From: Blepharisma stoltei ATCC 30299
Lineage: Eukaryota; Protista; Ciliophora
Assembly: GCA_965603825.1 (NCBI GenBank)
Contig: CBFDEM010000011.1
Location: 310,001 to 374,000, forward strand
Direction of reading: 5' to 3'
Length of the DNA: 64,000 nucleotides
The position numbers were made by a program, and so were the translations under genes. Within the stretch, counting starts at the first letter, position 1, and each line of letters begins with the position of its first letter. This document shows positions 45,835 through 57,318 of this stretch, in pieces. The notes below the pieces were generated by a model. It saw only the letters and a program-made list of their open reading frames with translations. It made no database searches and had not been told where the DNA came from.

Positions 45835-47157
45835 TTATGAGAGCCTCGTATCTCTAAAAGGAGCTATTTCTTTTGGAGAGCGAGGGATAGGGGACTTTGT
45901 TTTACGGATTTCTGGGAAATGTTCTGCTTGAGGCCTTGGGGAAAGCCGAACCAATCTGTTTCTTAACAGCTCATTTGAGGTCGGGGGAGTCAAATCGGCA
46001 GCTTTTCGGTTTACAGGACTCCCTGATTTAGGTCTTGAGACTTTGGTAGGGACCGATAAGAAGGAAGTTGTTGTGTTAAATTGTTTACTTGACGCCCTTT
46101 TATGGATTTTGGCATCTGGAATAGAGTGGATTGTGTGGCATTTTTGAATGTGATTGTCTAATTCTTCTGCCTCGTAATTTTTGTCTGAAAGGTGATGAAT
46201 AATTTTCGTATAGTTTTTAGTTATTGTTCTTCCTGAATTAAGGCATAATTGGCCTAGGATTAAAGTCATAGCTGCAATTGTTTTCAAATTGAGTCGGTCA
46301 CTATAGCCTCGCATAGTTTCAAGATGAGTTAGTGGAATTTTGCCACCTGATCTGGTTATCCAAGGATGACTAAGAGCTAAATTAGCTGTATATCTTTCCA
46401 TATAAGAAATCGTTGTACAGTGCTCAAACAAATCTCTCGCAAGTGAAGGAAATCCATTAGGGTATTCTCAGTGAATATTCTTAAGCTTTCAAATTATCGT
46501 GTTTTTATCATCCCCTTCTTCAAAATATGGGTGCTTTCCAGCTACAAGATTATATAGAATTATTCCACAGCTTCATATATCTACAGGCTCACTATAATGC
46601 TGCTCCAATACTTGTTCAGGAGCCATATAAAGCATGGTTCCATCCATAGAATGAAGCTGCTCAACTAATGTATATTTTGTGCTCAGTCCAAAATCTGCAA
46701 CTTTGACTGATGAAAGATCATAAGGATCTCTAAACATGATGTTGTCTGGCTTAAGATCTCTATGCAGAACTTTCCTATCATGCAAGTATGCAACAGCTCT
46801 AAAAATCCCTTTCATGACTGTTGCTGCTTCTTCTTCAGATAGCCTCCGATTTTCTATTAATTGAGTCAAAGTGCCACCTTTTAAGAGCTCCATCTCGATA
46901 TAAATATAGTTATCTGTGTGCTTCACATCAATGAATTTAACGATGTTTTCATGGTTCAGCTCAGCTAAAATTCTGGCTTCTTGCATTGATCTAGCAATTT
47001 CTCGGTCACTGAGTTTTTGCTTGCTTAAAACTTTTACAGCGATTTCTTTGTTTGTTTTAATATCCACACATCTAAAAACCGACCCAAACGCGCCTTTTCC
47101 CATAAATGAAATAGAGTGATATAGGAATCCTATCTCTCTATTCAATTTTTCTTTCAT
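45835..47157 (-). CDS. CAMK-group Ser/Thr kinase; three TGA=Trp including DIWS
   Basis: GKGAFG, HRDLKPDN, DFG, APE, VDI(W)SCGII, HPW. Confidence 0.92.
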
Positions 47158-47676
47158 TTATTATTAATTTTTGAATGAAAAACGAATTAAAATATGCAAA
47201 TTAATTTTGAAAAAATAAATAATTTTACGATTTATTATATAGATTTTGAATAGACCTATGCACTTTTGAAACGATTATTGATATTTTTATTTTTTAAGAG
47301 AAGTGGAGAAAATCCATAAAATATGGTGAGTGGATTCATAAAGATTTTAAATTATGTCTACATCATAAAGAGTTTATCCATTAATAGAGATGCTTACATT
47401 ATGAGATCGATCTTTTTATATGTCAGTTCTTCAACATTTAAGTGAAGTTTTATTGGGTCAAAGCTATCTATTAGAGCACAAGTTGCAATGCCTTTCACTT
47501 TTATCATAATATTAAGAGCTAAATGGGTATAAATTTGCAAGAAATTCACAACTCAATGCGATTCTTAAACAGCGAGCCATCAATCTGCCTAAAATAAATT
47601 AACAAACTCATAAGCCATCTCCATTTTATTTCCCAATATTCCTACTATTTTTAAAATAATTTAATATATTTTTTTA

Positions 47677-48537
47677 TTATTCTAAACTTAAGTCCATCGT
47701 AAAATCATACTCAATTGTCGGGACCACAGACGATAAAAACTTCAAGAAAACAAAAATCGCATGGTGCACTTGAGCTTGTGACCCATTTGATTCCAGCATA
47801 TCAATAAAATGCTTCATCATTTTTGCATGATTGCACGGGTGTATCGATACTTGATCAGTACCTAAGCAAGGATGCCTTTCAATTGTCACCGTTTTATGTG
47901 CATAGTCTCCCATAATATCATCAAACATCATATCAGGTGTTAATGGATTCATATGTTCATCATACCCCGTAAGCCACATTCTGGGCGTTTGATAATAAGT
48001 ATCATAAGTTACAGAAAGGTCATATACACGAGTTTTCATTATTGATTCAACTGGCTCTTCAGCACTTATATATTGATTTCCAAAAAGAACTGCAGGCTCT
48101 GCAGCATTTTCATCAATTAGCTCTTGGCCTTGAAGATCGGCTAAATCAGGGACTTCTTCTTCTTCGTTAGAAATTTGTGCCTTTGAGATGACTATTTCAT
48201 CAGGCTCTTCACGAGGCCCGAGGATCTCAGCAACAATCCACCCGTCTTCAGTCTCCCTTTCTTCCACTTCGTTTTCTCCGATTGCATTTATTCGCTTTCT
48301 GCATGGGACTCCTCTGGTTATAAGAAATTGTTTGTCAGCTGGCAAATGCTTTTGCTCGTAGCCTGGGGCACTTGCATTCCAAGTCCATGTGGGGCATCTA
48401 TGTACAAGCTGGTCACCAGCAATTAAAAATTCTTCTGGAGTCATGGTGCCTGCTTCTAAAAAGTGGGATTCTTTGGGCTGAGACATAAAAACACCTGCTA
48501 CACTTCGATACCAATTTCCTATTTTATGAGAAACCAT
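47677..48537 (-). CDS. ATG3: Autophagy E2-like conjugating enzyme ATG3
   Basis: TPEEFLIAGDQLV..CPTWTW, YDTYYQTPRMWL, SIHPCNHA, FLKF..VVPTIEYD. Confidence 0.97.
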   Translation of the reverse strand: MVSHKIGNWYRSVAGVFMSQPKESHFLEAGTMTPEEFLIAGDQLVHRCPTWTWNASAPGYEQKHLPADKQFLITRGVPCRKRINAIGENEVEERETEDGWIVAEILGPREEPDEIVISKAQISNEEEEVPDLADLQGQELIDENAAEPAVLFGNQYISAEEPVESIMKTRVYDLSVTYDTYYQTPRMWLTGYDEHMNPLTPDMMFDDIMGDYAHKTVTIERHPCLGTDQVSIHPCNHAKMMKHFIDMLESNGSQAQVHHAIFVFLKFLSSVVPTIEYDFTMDLSLE

Positions 48538-48680
48538 TTATTTAAAAGGAGTATAAGTCTCTATAAAAGATTCATAATTTAATAAGCATTACTATTTATC
48601 ATGCGTTTCTAATCTGATAATTAATATTATTTTGATCTGATTTATCTAAAATTTCTACTTTGGTCGTCGTACTAAATATA

Positions 48681-49299
48681 TTATACCGCATCAGTCTGAA
48701 CAAGATAAATACAATAAGCTAATAACCCTGCATTGACTGTATAAATAAGCGACTCAATAATACACATTGCAACGCCAAAATCTGCAGCTCCTCCTGACTT
48801 ATCATTTAGCACCGGGATGCGTGCCCATCCATTGAAAGCGCCGAAGGGCAAACAACTTGCCAAAATATATAGAATTACCAATATTACGGCCCCGATTTTG
48901 AACTTGCGCAGATGGCTGCTGTCTTTCTTAGCAATCCCATAATATCCCCAAAAGAAAGTAAAAGTCCCAAGCACCATCCCAATGATAAAGTTCAGAAAGG
49001 TGAAAAGAATGTCAATGCCAGGAAGAACCGTTGCTGAAAGCACTATGGTACTGATAATATTAATGGATAATACAATTGTCAATAAAATCCAACTAACATA
49101 AATTTTTTTGATTAGCGCTTTCTCGTTTCCTTGAAAATCTGATAATCTGAAATGGATTAATTTGAGACATGGTGGGAAGTTGTAGTCGTGCCAATCAATG
49201 TGACTGTTATGCTCTGATATTGCTAAGGTCAAAATTACTGCTCGTCGAAAAATTCGATGACAACTTGCTGCCTATTGCTTTCATAGCCAAGCTAGCCAT
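48681..49299 (-). CDS. SCAMP-like four-TM protein; 16-nt intron 49223-49238
   Basis: YNFPP motif followed by four TM helices; intron gtaattttgaccttag links ATG 49299 to the main frame. Confidence 0.72.
49223..49238 (-). other. 16-nt spliceosomal intron
   Basis: gtaattttgaccttag; corrects the frame. Confidence 0.8.
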
Positions 49300-49517
49300 T
49301 TTAAGTTTGATAAAGAGAATAGAGATCAGATATAATTTTTTAAATAAATTTTAGTATAATATAAATCAATATTCTCCAAGATGCTTAAGAATCAATTGTA
49401 TTTTTTTTTAATTTGACTCTTAATTTATAATAGATAATTTTATATTCTCTTGCTAATATAGAGGGTTTTTTTGTCATTCTGTATTTTTTATTGTAAAAGC
49501 AACATTAGTAGTCATAA

Positions 49518-52262
49518 ATGTCAACGCCAAAAAGCCATACATCAATGAACTTTTACAACAATGGGAATCATCAAAGATCCTTGCCACTTATTTTAAATAA
49601 AAGCAAAACAGTAAGAGTAAGGACTTCAGGGACACCGAATTTTGCAGCAGCAAGCCCAATTTTTCCATCAAAGTCTATGAGGCGGCAGTCAATGCCTAAT
49701 GAAGATACAGAAGACATCATGGAAGATCCTCCTGAAAGACAATTGTCTAAGGGAAGCATGGAATTTTATCTTGGGCCACTTGGTGCCCAAGCGAGGCTCG
49801 AATTTTTCGAATCATATAAGAACATTCGAAATCAATCTCAAAGAACTCAATTTGAGCATTTAGAAGAAAACCCAAATTTAGCTTACTTAGAAAAGATTGA
49901 TAAGGAACGCTTAAATCCAAACCCATTTGGGATTATTCGGAGAAAAGGCCCAGAAGCTGCAATTGACATTCGTCATTACAGCATGGGGGATAATTATGCG
50001 AGAGCTTTTTCAAGAGGGTTAAATCACTACAGAGAATTAGAAAGGCTTGATTTAGGCTCAAATAGGCTTACAGAGAGTGGAAGTGTTAAAATATTAAAAA
50101 ATCTTCAAGACAAAAATGTCAGAACTTTAAGTTTAGCTGACAATTCCTTAGGGATAAAATCAATTGAAAAAATTATCGAGCTTGCATCAAGGCCATTTTC
50201 AAAACTAAAACACATCAATTTAGAAAAAACAAAAATCGGAGATTCTGCAGTAATTGACTTATGCAAGCACCTTACTGAAAATAAAGTAGTGACTAAGCTA
50301 AATTTAGCATGCAACAATATCACCTCAAAAGCAGCAACTGCAATAAAAGAAATGATAAGATACAACACCTGTATAAAAAATCTTGATTTTCATTGGAATA
50401 ACTTAAGAGGATTAGGAGCAATTGAAATTTTTGATGCTCTTTATCAGAATGACTGCATAAGGCAGTTAGACTTATCTTGGAATGCAATGGGAAGATATGA
50501 AAATTCAGACGTAGGCCAAGCAATTTCAAAGGCGCTGAGGATAAATTCTATTCTTAAGCATTTAGATCTTTCCTATAACTATTTTAGTGAAGAAGAGTGC
50601 AAAATTATTGGTCAAGGCCTAAGCGAAAACCATGATTTATTAGGAATCCACATGCTTGGTAATGACTGCTATATTGATTCAAGAGGGTTCATAATTCCGA
50701 CAGCATACAGCGGAAAAATCGAGCAAGGCCATTTTTTCCACAGAATTCTAGGCAAGGACAAAAATAAAAGCCCTCAAAGAGGAGGCTTCTCCATGAATTG
50801 CTGGATCTGTGAAAAATGGATGGAGATGATTTTTGCATGAATTCCTGGGAGATCTGGAGCTGCCAAAGAGGATCCTATTTTCCTTCATTTGGAATGTGAT
50901 GGCTATACACCTCAGCTAATGGACATTCTTCCTAATGGATCATTTCAGCTTATCAGAGCTGTTCCTCCAGGTACTATAAAATTTTTTTACAGTGACTTAA
51001 ATGGCCCAATGAAATCTGATGAATTTAAAATTAAATATTTAGACCAGCCTTTCAAAAATAAGCTTCATTATGGAGGTGGGTATACAGAAACAGTCAATAT
51101 CCATGCTGTAAATATAAGAAATGTTATTGGAGATGAATGTGGGGTTAAATATACATTTAATGTAAAACCCAGAATTATTGGAAGAGTGTATCAGCCACCA
51201 TTAGAAGAAATAGAAAGAATTCCATGGAGTATTCCTATATCACTGTTTAAGGATTATAAATTTGATACTGAAGAAACCTTAAACGAGTGTTTTGAGTTTG
51301 ATTGGAGATACTCAAGATTAGCTAATTTTGTAAAAAATCCAACTGATCAAGAAGCTGTGAGAGATATTTTAAAGAAAAACTATATGCATATTAAAGAAAC
51401 GTTTAAAAACTTGTCTGCATATGGAGGATCTGAGCTATTTTCAATAGGAACAAATGTGCTTACTGATTTCCTCAACCAATGTCTTCTTATAGATACCTTT
51501 TACGGAGCAAGTGATATGGGTGTGAACTGGAACTCAGTCATTGTTCCAAAAGAAAAAGGGCAGATTTATAATCCAGGCAGTGCTTTAGTAAGGTATGAAT
51601 TTATGGAAATCCTGGTTAGAATTGCTAATGATAGATTTCTGAGGAACAAAATCTGCAGTAATATTGCAGATTCTGTACAAAAAATGATTGACGACCATTT
51701 AATTAAAAATATGATTCCAATGGATACCAATATATGAAGAAATGAAAAATATCTTTGTGAAGAAGTAGATTTAGTATTAAAAGCCCATAAACCCATTTTA
51801 GATGCAATCTACAAAAAATATAGTGGGAAAAAGACTCTTCCTGGACAAAAAGTATTTATGTGTTTAGATGAGTTTAGGAACTTGTGCAACGAAGGTGGAC
51901 TTGTTAATGATAATTTTGCGAGCAGAGAAATTGACCTTTGCTTTAACTTAGCAATGATGACTCAAATTGATGAGCTGTATAAGAAAAGACACATAGAGAT
52001 GAGCTTTGTGGAGTTCTTAGAGGCAATATGTAGAGCGTTCGATATGGCAAGCATTGCTAATGTTCCATTGATTGAGTTGGAAGAAGAAAAGCATCTATTT
52101 GATCCCAAAAATGACAAGCTTCCGCTTAATAAGAAAGTTGAAGCAGGAGTACAAAGTCTAATTAGGCTTTGCCCCGATGCTGTTCGTGAAACTTTTGTTT
52201 ATCCAACTGATGAAACTTATAAGAAAATGATGTATAGGCCTAGAACTAAGGCATCTAATTAA
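49518..52262 (+). CDS. RI-type LRR protein with CWIC motif, CBM48-like beta domain and C-terminal EF-hand-like region; two TGA=Trp
   Basis: LDLGSNRL/LNLACNNI/LDLSWNAM/LDLSYNYF repeats; three ORFs join through TGA at 50838 and 51735. Confidence 0.82.
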
Positions 52263-52366
52263 AATATCAAATATATTGTAAGAATTATTTTAGCTTAATC
52301 CTAGTATTTAAATCCTAATTCTATCACTAAAATTTGCCTTAGTTCAGAAAAGTTGATTAGTTAGCA

Positions 52367-52660
52367 CTACTTCTTTTTCTTTTCTTCAATAATGAAAGTC
52401 TTGCATCTCTTAATAACTTTTAGCCTTCTAACCTTTGATTTGGTGCACTCAAGTCTAAGAACGACTTTCTTTGTAGTTTTAGCCTTTTTTCTGAAAATAG
52501 GCTTTGTCTGGCCACCGTAACCTTTTTGCTTTGCATCGTATCTTCGTCTGCCTTGAGCTAAGGAGGATTCCTTTCCTTTCTTATATTGAGTGACCTTATG
52601 AACGGTGTGAGTCTTCAACTTAGGACAGTAAGTCCTGATTGTTTTAGGCATCTTCACCAT
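52367..52660 (-). CDS. RPL36A: 60S ribosomal protein eL42 (L36a/L44)
   Basis: [32 protein letters not shown]. Confidence 0.97.
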   Translation of the reverse strand: MVKMPKTIRTYCPKLKTHTVHKVTQYKKGKESSLAQGRRRYDAKQKGYGGQTKPIFRKKAKTTKKVVLRLECTKSKVRRLKVIKRCKTFIIEEKKKK

Positions 52661-52897
52661 TTTCACCACTAATTATAAAGCTCTTTTATCTATTTACTTA
52701 AATGGAATCTCAAATCTCTAAAACCTCCAATTTCATAGAGATGAGAAGAATCATCCATAAAATTTCATATTAATTAATACTTTCCTTAAGGAAAATGGGA
52801 TAAATTAAATGGAAAACAACTTATTATTCTTATATTTAAACAGATATTGAATGCTTATTGCTTTTCTATCATTATAATAATAAAAAAAATTTCAAAA

Positions 52898-54211
52898 ATG
52901 ATGAGTCTTTGTGAAATCTGTGGGAACGAAGCGATTTTTTTATGCAAATGCAGAAATGGGAAATTCTGCAAACCTCATTTAGACAGACATAAATCAGAGC
53001 CTGGAAATCACCAAGTAGTTGCAATCTCAGAAGTGCAAGAATCCCAAAAACCTGGAAAAAAATCTGTATCCTTTAACCGAAACAATGATTCATCTACAGG
53101 AGGTGATGGTTCAAAATCTGGACATCAGCTCTCAGAAAAAGAGGTAAGAAAACAAGTTGTGCGTGCAACTTTAGATCGAGAAATGAACAAAATAATAAAA
53201 TTCCGAGAAGACACTTTGGAATGCATTGATTCCCTACAAGAAAGCTACATACGGCAAATCGTCGCCGATACAAAAAGTCTGACAACAAGCCTTCTCGAAG
53301 AAATAGCTGCAAAAGAAGCTACCATAATAAGTGCGCTTAATGAACTAGACAAGCCAGGCGATATTCCTGTCGGAAACCCAATAATAGAGCGTATAAAAGA
53401 GCTTAAAGACCCCGAAGACTGCCTTGTGCAGTGCTCTGGAGACGTTAAAGAAGTTTCTTTTGACATTCGCGACTTCATGTCTATAGAAATGGGCTGGGCC
53501 GCGAATCCAGTAATAGAAGACATGAAAATTTATTACCAGCAAAACCAAGCAGTGATCCCATTAAAAATGAAAGATTTATTCCAAAAAATAATTGCAGAAA
53601 AACATTACACATTGAAAAAAGTCAATTTAAACAAAGCAAAAATTGGAAAAGAAGGAATCCCTCACTTAGTAAAAGCTTTAAGCCTCCTACCACAAATAGA
53701 AATACTTAAATTAGGCAGCAATGGGCTTGGGTCGGAAAGTGCTGAACAAATAGGCGAAGCGATATCTAAGCTGCCAAGGCTACAAAAACTTATTTTATTT
53801 GATAATGATCTGAGGGGAAGCGGAATTCAAGCTCTGTCGCCTGCATTTACAGACTTAAAAGAGCTTCAAGTGTTAAGTTTGGCGAAAAATTCACTTGGAG
53901 CGACTGGTGCAAGGCATATTTGTTTGGTTCTGCAAGGGATGGCAAGACTTAAAGAAGTGGACTTAGACTATAATGCTTTAGGGGCTGAAGGCGCTAGATA
54001 TTTAGCAGGGGCATTGCCAAAAATGACACATTTGAAGACCTTGAAATTGAGAAATAACAATTTAGGAGACGATAGTGTAAAATTCTTGAAAGGAGCATTA
54101 GGAAGAATGAATAAGCTGGAATTATTGAAACTTGAAAATAATCCTATGGGAAATGATGAAAAAAGGACTTTGCAAAATGTAGTAAGACCTGGCTGCAAGG
54201 TGGAATTTTAA
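52898..54211 (+). CDS. B-box-like zinc finger + coiled coil + RI-type LRR protein
   Basis: CEIC..CKC..FC..H...H...H N-terminus; LxLxxNxLG repeats. Confidence 0.82.
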   Translation: MMSLCEICGNEAIFLCKCRNGKFCKPHLDRHKSEPGNHQVVAISEVQESQKPGKKSVSFNRNNDSSTGGDGSKSGHQLSEKEVRKQVVRATLDREMNKIIKFREDTLECIDSLQESYIRQIVADTKSLTTSLLEEIAAKEATIISALNELDKPGDIPVGNPIIERIKELKDPEDCLVQCSGDVKEVSFDIRDFMSIEMGWAANPVIEDMKIYYQQNQAVIPLKMKDLFQKIIAEKHYTLKKVNLNKAKIGKEGIPHLVKALSLLPQIEILKLGSNGLGSESAEQIGEAISKLPRLQKLILFDNDLRGSGIQALSPAFTDLKELQVLSLAKNSLGATGARHICLVLQGMARLKEVDLDYNALGAEGARYLAGALPKMTHLKTLKLRNNNLGDDSVKFLKGALGRMNKLELLKLENNPMGNDEKRTLQNVVRPGCKVEF

Positions 54212-54280
54212 TAGGATTATAAAAATAATTAATATATAAAATGTTTATAATGATCGATTTTCAGTCAATATTTAATAAAT

Positions 54281-55369
54281 TTAACTCATCCTTTTTAAAT
54301 ACTCTCTATAAGTTAAAGACCCGAACTGCTTGGAGCGGCTTGTATTTGAATGCAAATCAAAGCTTTGCAAATTTTCATTAGACTCACTTAACTGTAGTGG
54401 CGGAATAAAAATATTTCCATCTTTAGGTGCTTTATATAAACTTGGCGTACTTTCACTGTGCAATCTTTTATTTTTTTTTAAAATATCCATCATTTTTGTT
54501 TTTTTCTCTTTTGCATAATCATCAGCTTCAATTTTTTTCAGCTCGTCCTGCCTTCACAGCAAATATTTTCCCTTCTTGTTCAGCCTTGTAAACTTCATGT
54601 ATGCTGGAGTATGAACTTTTCTGTTTTTCTCGAAGTCGATTTTTATGGTTTTTTTCTCATTTTCTTCAATTCTCTGCTTTTCTTTTTCCATTGATTCGTC
54701 AATCATTGCATTAATTTTTGTGTCCACTAAAAGAAGCTTCTTTTCAATTGGGTCGATTTTTTCTTTTGCAGATTTATCGTATACCATTGAGTTAGTTTTC
54801 TCTAAGTTTATGTTGGATTGCAGCTTAATTACTGATGAATCGATGGTGTGGCGGACTTGGGACTCTTTTAAATAGTCAGATATCAATTGGAATTTTTCTA
54901 AAAAATGAGAATCCAGGTTTATGAGTTTTTTATCTTCTAATTGTGGAGAAAATCCACGGGAGTTTAAGTACTCTTCCATTGCAGGAGTTAAAACCCGAAA
55001 ATGTTTTTTATTAACTGTAGATGAGGGATAAGATGATAGGATATGCCTTTCTGTGGACTGTGCTATTAGCCTTTCTGTAGTCTCATAGCAAATTCCTTCA
55101 GGCAATTCAAGCTTTTTTAATTCAGCTTTTCTTTGGTTTTCTTCTTTAAAGATTCTTGGCAATGCTGGTTTTTCAGTCGCCCTAATTGCTAGCTTTCTGA
55201 AATTCCCATAAGTGGTTTTTTGATTGCTCAACGTCTGTGACAGTGTTTTTCCACTTTTTACTCTCCTGAGCCTATCTTCAGAGAAGTCTCTGTATGTGTC
55301 TTACACAAAGAGCTTAAGATTTTTTTTGTCTTTGGAGTTAAGTGGGTGGTTTAATTCAATTTTTTTCAT
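54281..55369 (-). CDS. Hypothetical basic protein; 15-nt intron 55290-55304; one TGA=Trp
   Basis: ATG 55369 linked by intron gtaagacacatacag to ORF 54554..55231, which reads through TGA into 54281..54493. Confidence 0.72.
55290..55304 (-). other. 15-nt spliceosomal intron
   Basis: gtaagacacatacag; removes in-frame TAA. Confidence 0.78.
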
Positions 55370-55382
55370 TAATTTCTATTTA

Positions 55383-57251
55383 TTATAATCCAAGCTTAGC
55401 TCTTGCATTAATCAATTTCAAATGATACGCTTCTTCGTCTATAAGTGGGGCTTCGTCAGAGTCGATTTCAAGTGAGGCTTCGTCACTCCAATAGTCATTG
55501 TCTTCTAAGTCTGCAGATTCTGCTGTTAAATCTGCAGGCAGCTCAGGGCTGCTCACAGCCTCTCCTCTTTCCAGTCTTTCTAGCTTTTGCAGCCTATGGT
55601 CTTCAGCTTTTTTCATATATTCTTCATATGCTTCTTCAGTCATTTTGATATCATCCTTATCAGTTCTTCATATCCAAGGATGCTTCAAGCACTCCTGAGC
55701 TGTCGCTCTTTTTTCTGGCTGATATATAAGCATTGGCCTCATAAAATCAGCTAGTTGTTCTGCTTCTTCCACCTTAAACCTATACTTATCAATCAAAACG
55801 TCCCTAAGCAGCCAAATATTTAGCCTGTCTATATGTCTGAGCCTTCCATATTTATTTAGAAATTTCTTCGAGTCCCTTCCTGAAAGACTTCAATGTTTTG
55901 GCATTAGCCCAAGGGTTTCTATCATTTGAGCAAGATGGTCTTCATTTTTATCTGTATCTTTTCCTGACCTTGGCTCAAATAAGAAATCGCCTGTTAATAG
56001 CTCAAAAAGCATGCAAGCAAAACTCCAGACGTCAGCTGTAGCATTATAGTCAATCCCTAATATCACCTCTGGGGATCTATACTGCCTTGTTTGGATTTCT
56101 GTTGCGAAATGTCTATTAACCCAACATGCATTGCCTAAGTCAGCGATTTTTATTCTGATGGTTTCATCATAATCTACATCGGGGCTTTGTAAACTTTTTA
56201 ATAAATCTGCTTCTTGGATTTCAGAAATTTCTTCTTCGACTGGCTCTGCTTTTTTGTTCTTATTTCTCTTTCTTTTCCTTTTTTTTGGTTTTTCAGATGT
56301 TTGTGTTGAGATGTTATCAGGGCTTGGCAGTGCCGTTTCTTGGTTTTCAGCCTTTTTTTTCTGATCCTGAGACTTTAAATTCTCATTTTGTCCAGCTTGT
56401 TTTTCCTTTGGATTTTCGGCAGCCTTTTTCTTTTTTTCTGCTTCTTTTTTCCTTTGTCTATATCTTTTTCTTTTTTCTGCTTTTTGAATTCTTTTGAATT
56501 CATCTTCATCAACATTATTTCCAATTTCTGGATACAAAATGCTTTGGGGCAGCTCCTTTGGAGGAGTTCCCTGGAGATTTTTATTCAAAAGAAGCCCTCT
56601 GGTCAGTATCTCTTTAACCTGTGCTTGGGAAAGCTGGACTAGCACGTTTTCTGGCTTTAAATCTGTATGAATAATCCCACATATTCTATGCAAATAGTCA
56701 AGGCCAATTAAAACTTGTCTGCCAATAGATCTTACTATATGGACTGGTACTCCAGCATATTTATAATGCTTAATGATTTCCAGTAGGTTAACTCCTAGGA
56801 TTTCAAAACACATACAAACGTGAGAGCCATTAGGGCCTGTATGAAGAAAAGTATTGAGCAGCTGCACCACGAAGCAATGATCAGTTTTCATACCTTCTTC
56901 TTTGATTTCTTCTGCTTCTGCGGTGCCTGCGACGTATTTCATTATGGATTCGATCCATCTTGGATCCTTGTAACCCTGCGCGATTTTTATTAATAAATCA
57001 ATTTCGTCATAAGCTGCTTCTGTATAGTTCGGTGCAGATCTTTGGACTTTCATTGCTACATAAGTCCCATATTTTGTGTCTTTACAGAGCCAAACTGTTG
57101 AAAAATGACCCCAGCCGAGTTTTTGGACAACAATGTAACGATTCAGGAAAAGCTCTCCTATATGTACTGGGTGGTAGCCGCCAGGTCGATAGTCTTTGCT
57201 GCTCTCTTCTTCATTGTCCATCACGACTGAGCTGTCATCACTTTTACCCAT
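55383..57251 (-). CDS. SRPK: SR protein kinase (SRPK) with Lys-rich spacer; two TGA=Trp
   Basis: DYRPGGYHPV, LGWGHFSTVW, HTDLKPEN, ADLGNACW, IQTRQYRSPE, EDHLAQM, HPW. Confidence 0.95.
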
Positions 57252-57318
57252 TTTAATATTTGAATACTTAAATGAATAAGTTATTATAAACCATAACATT
57301 TTTATAAGCTGGAAACAA

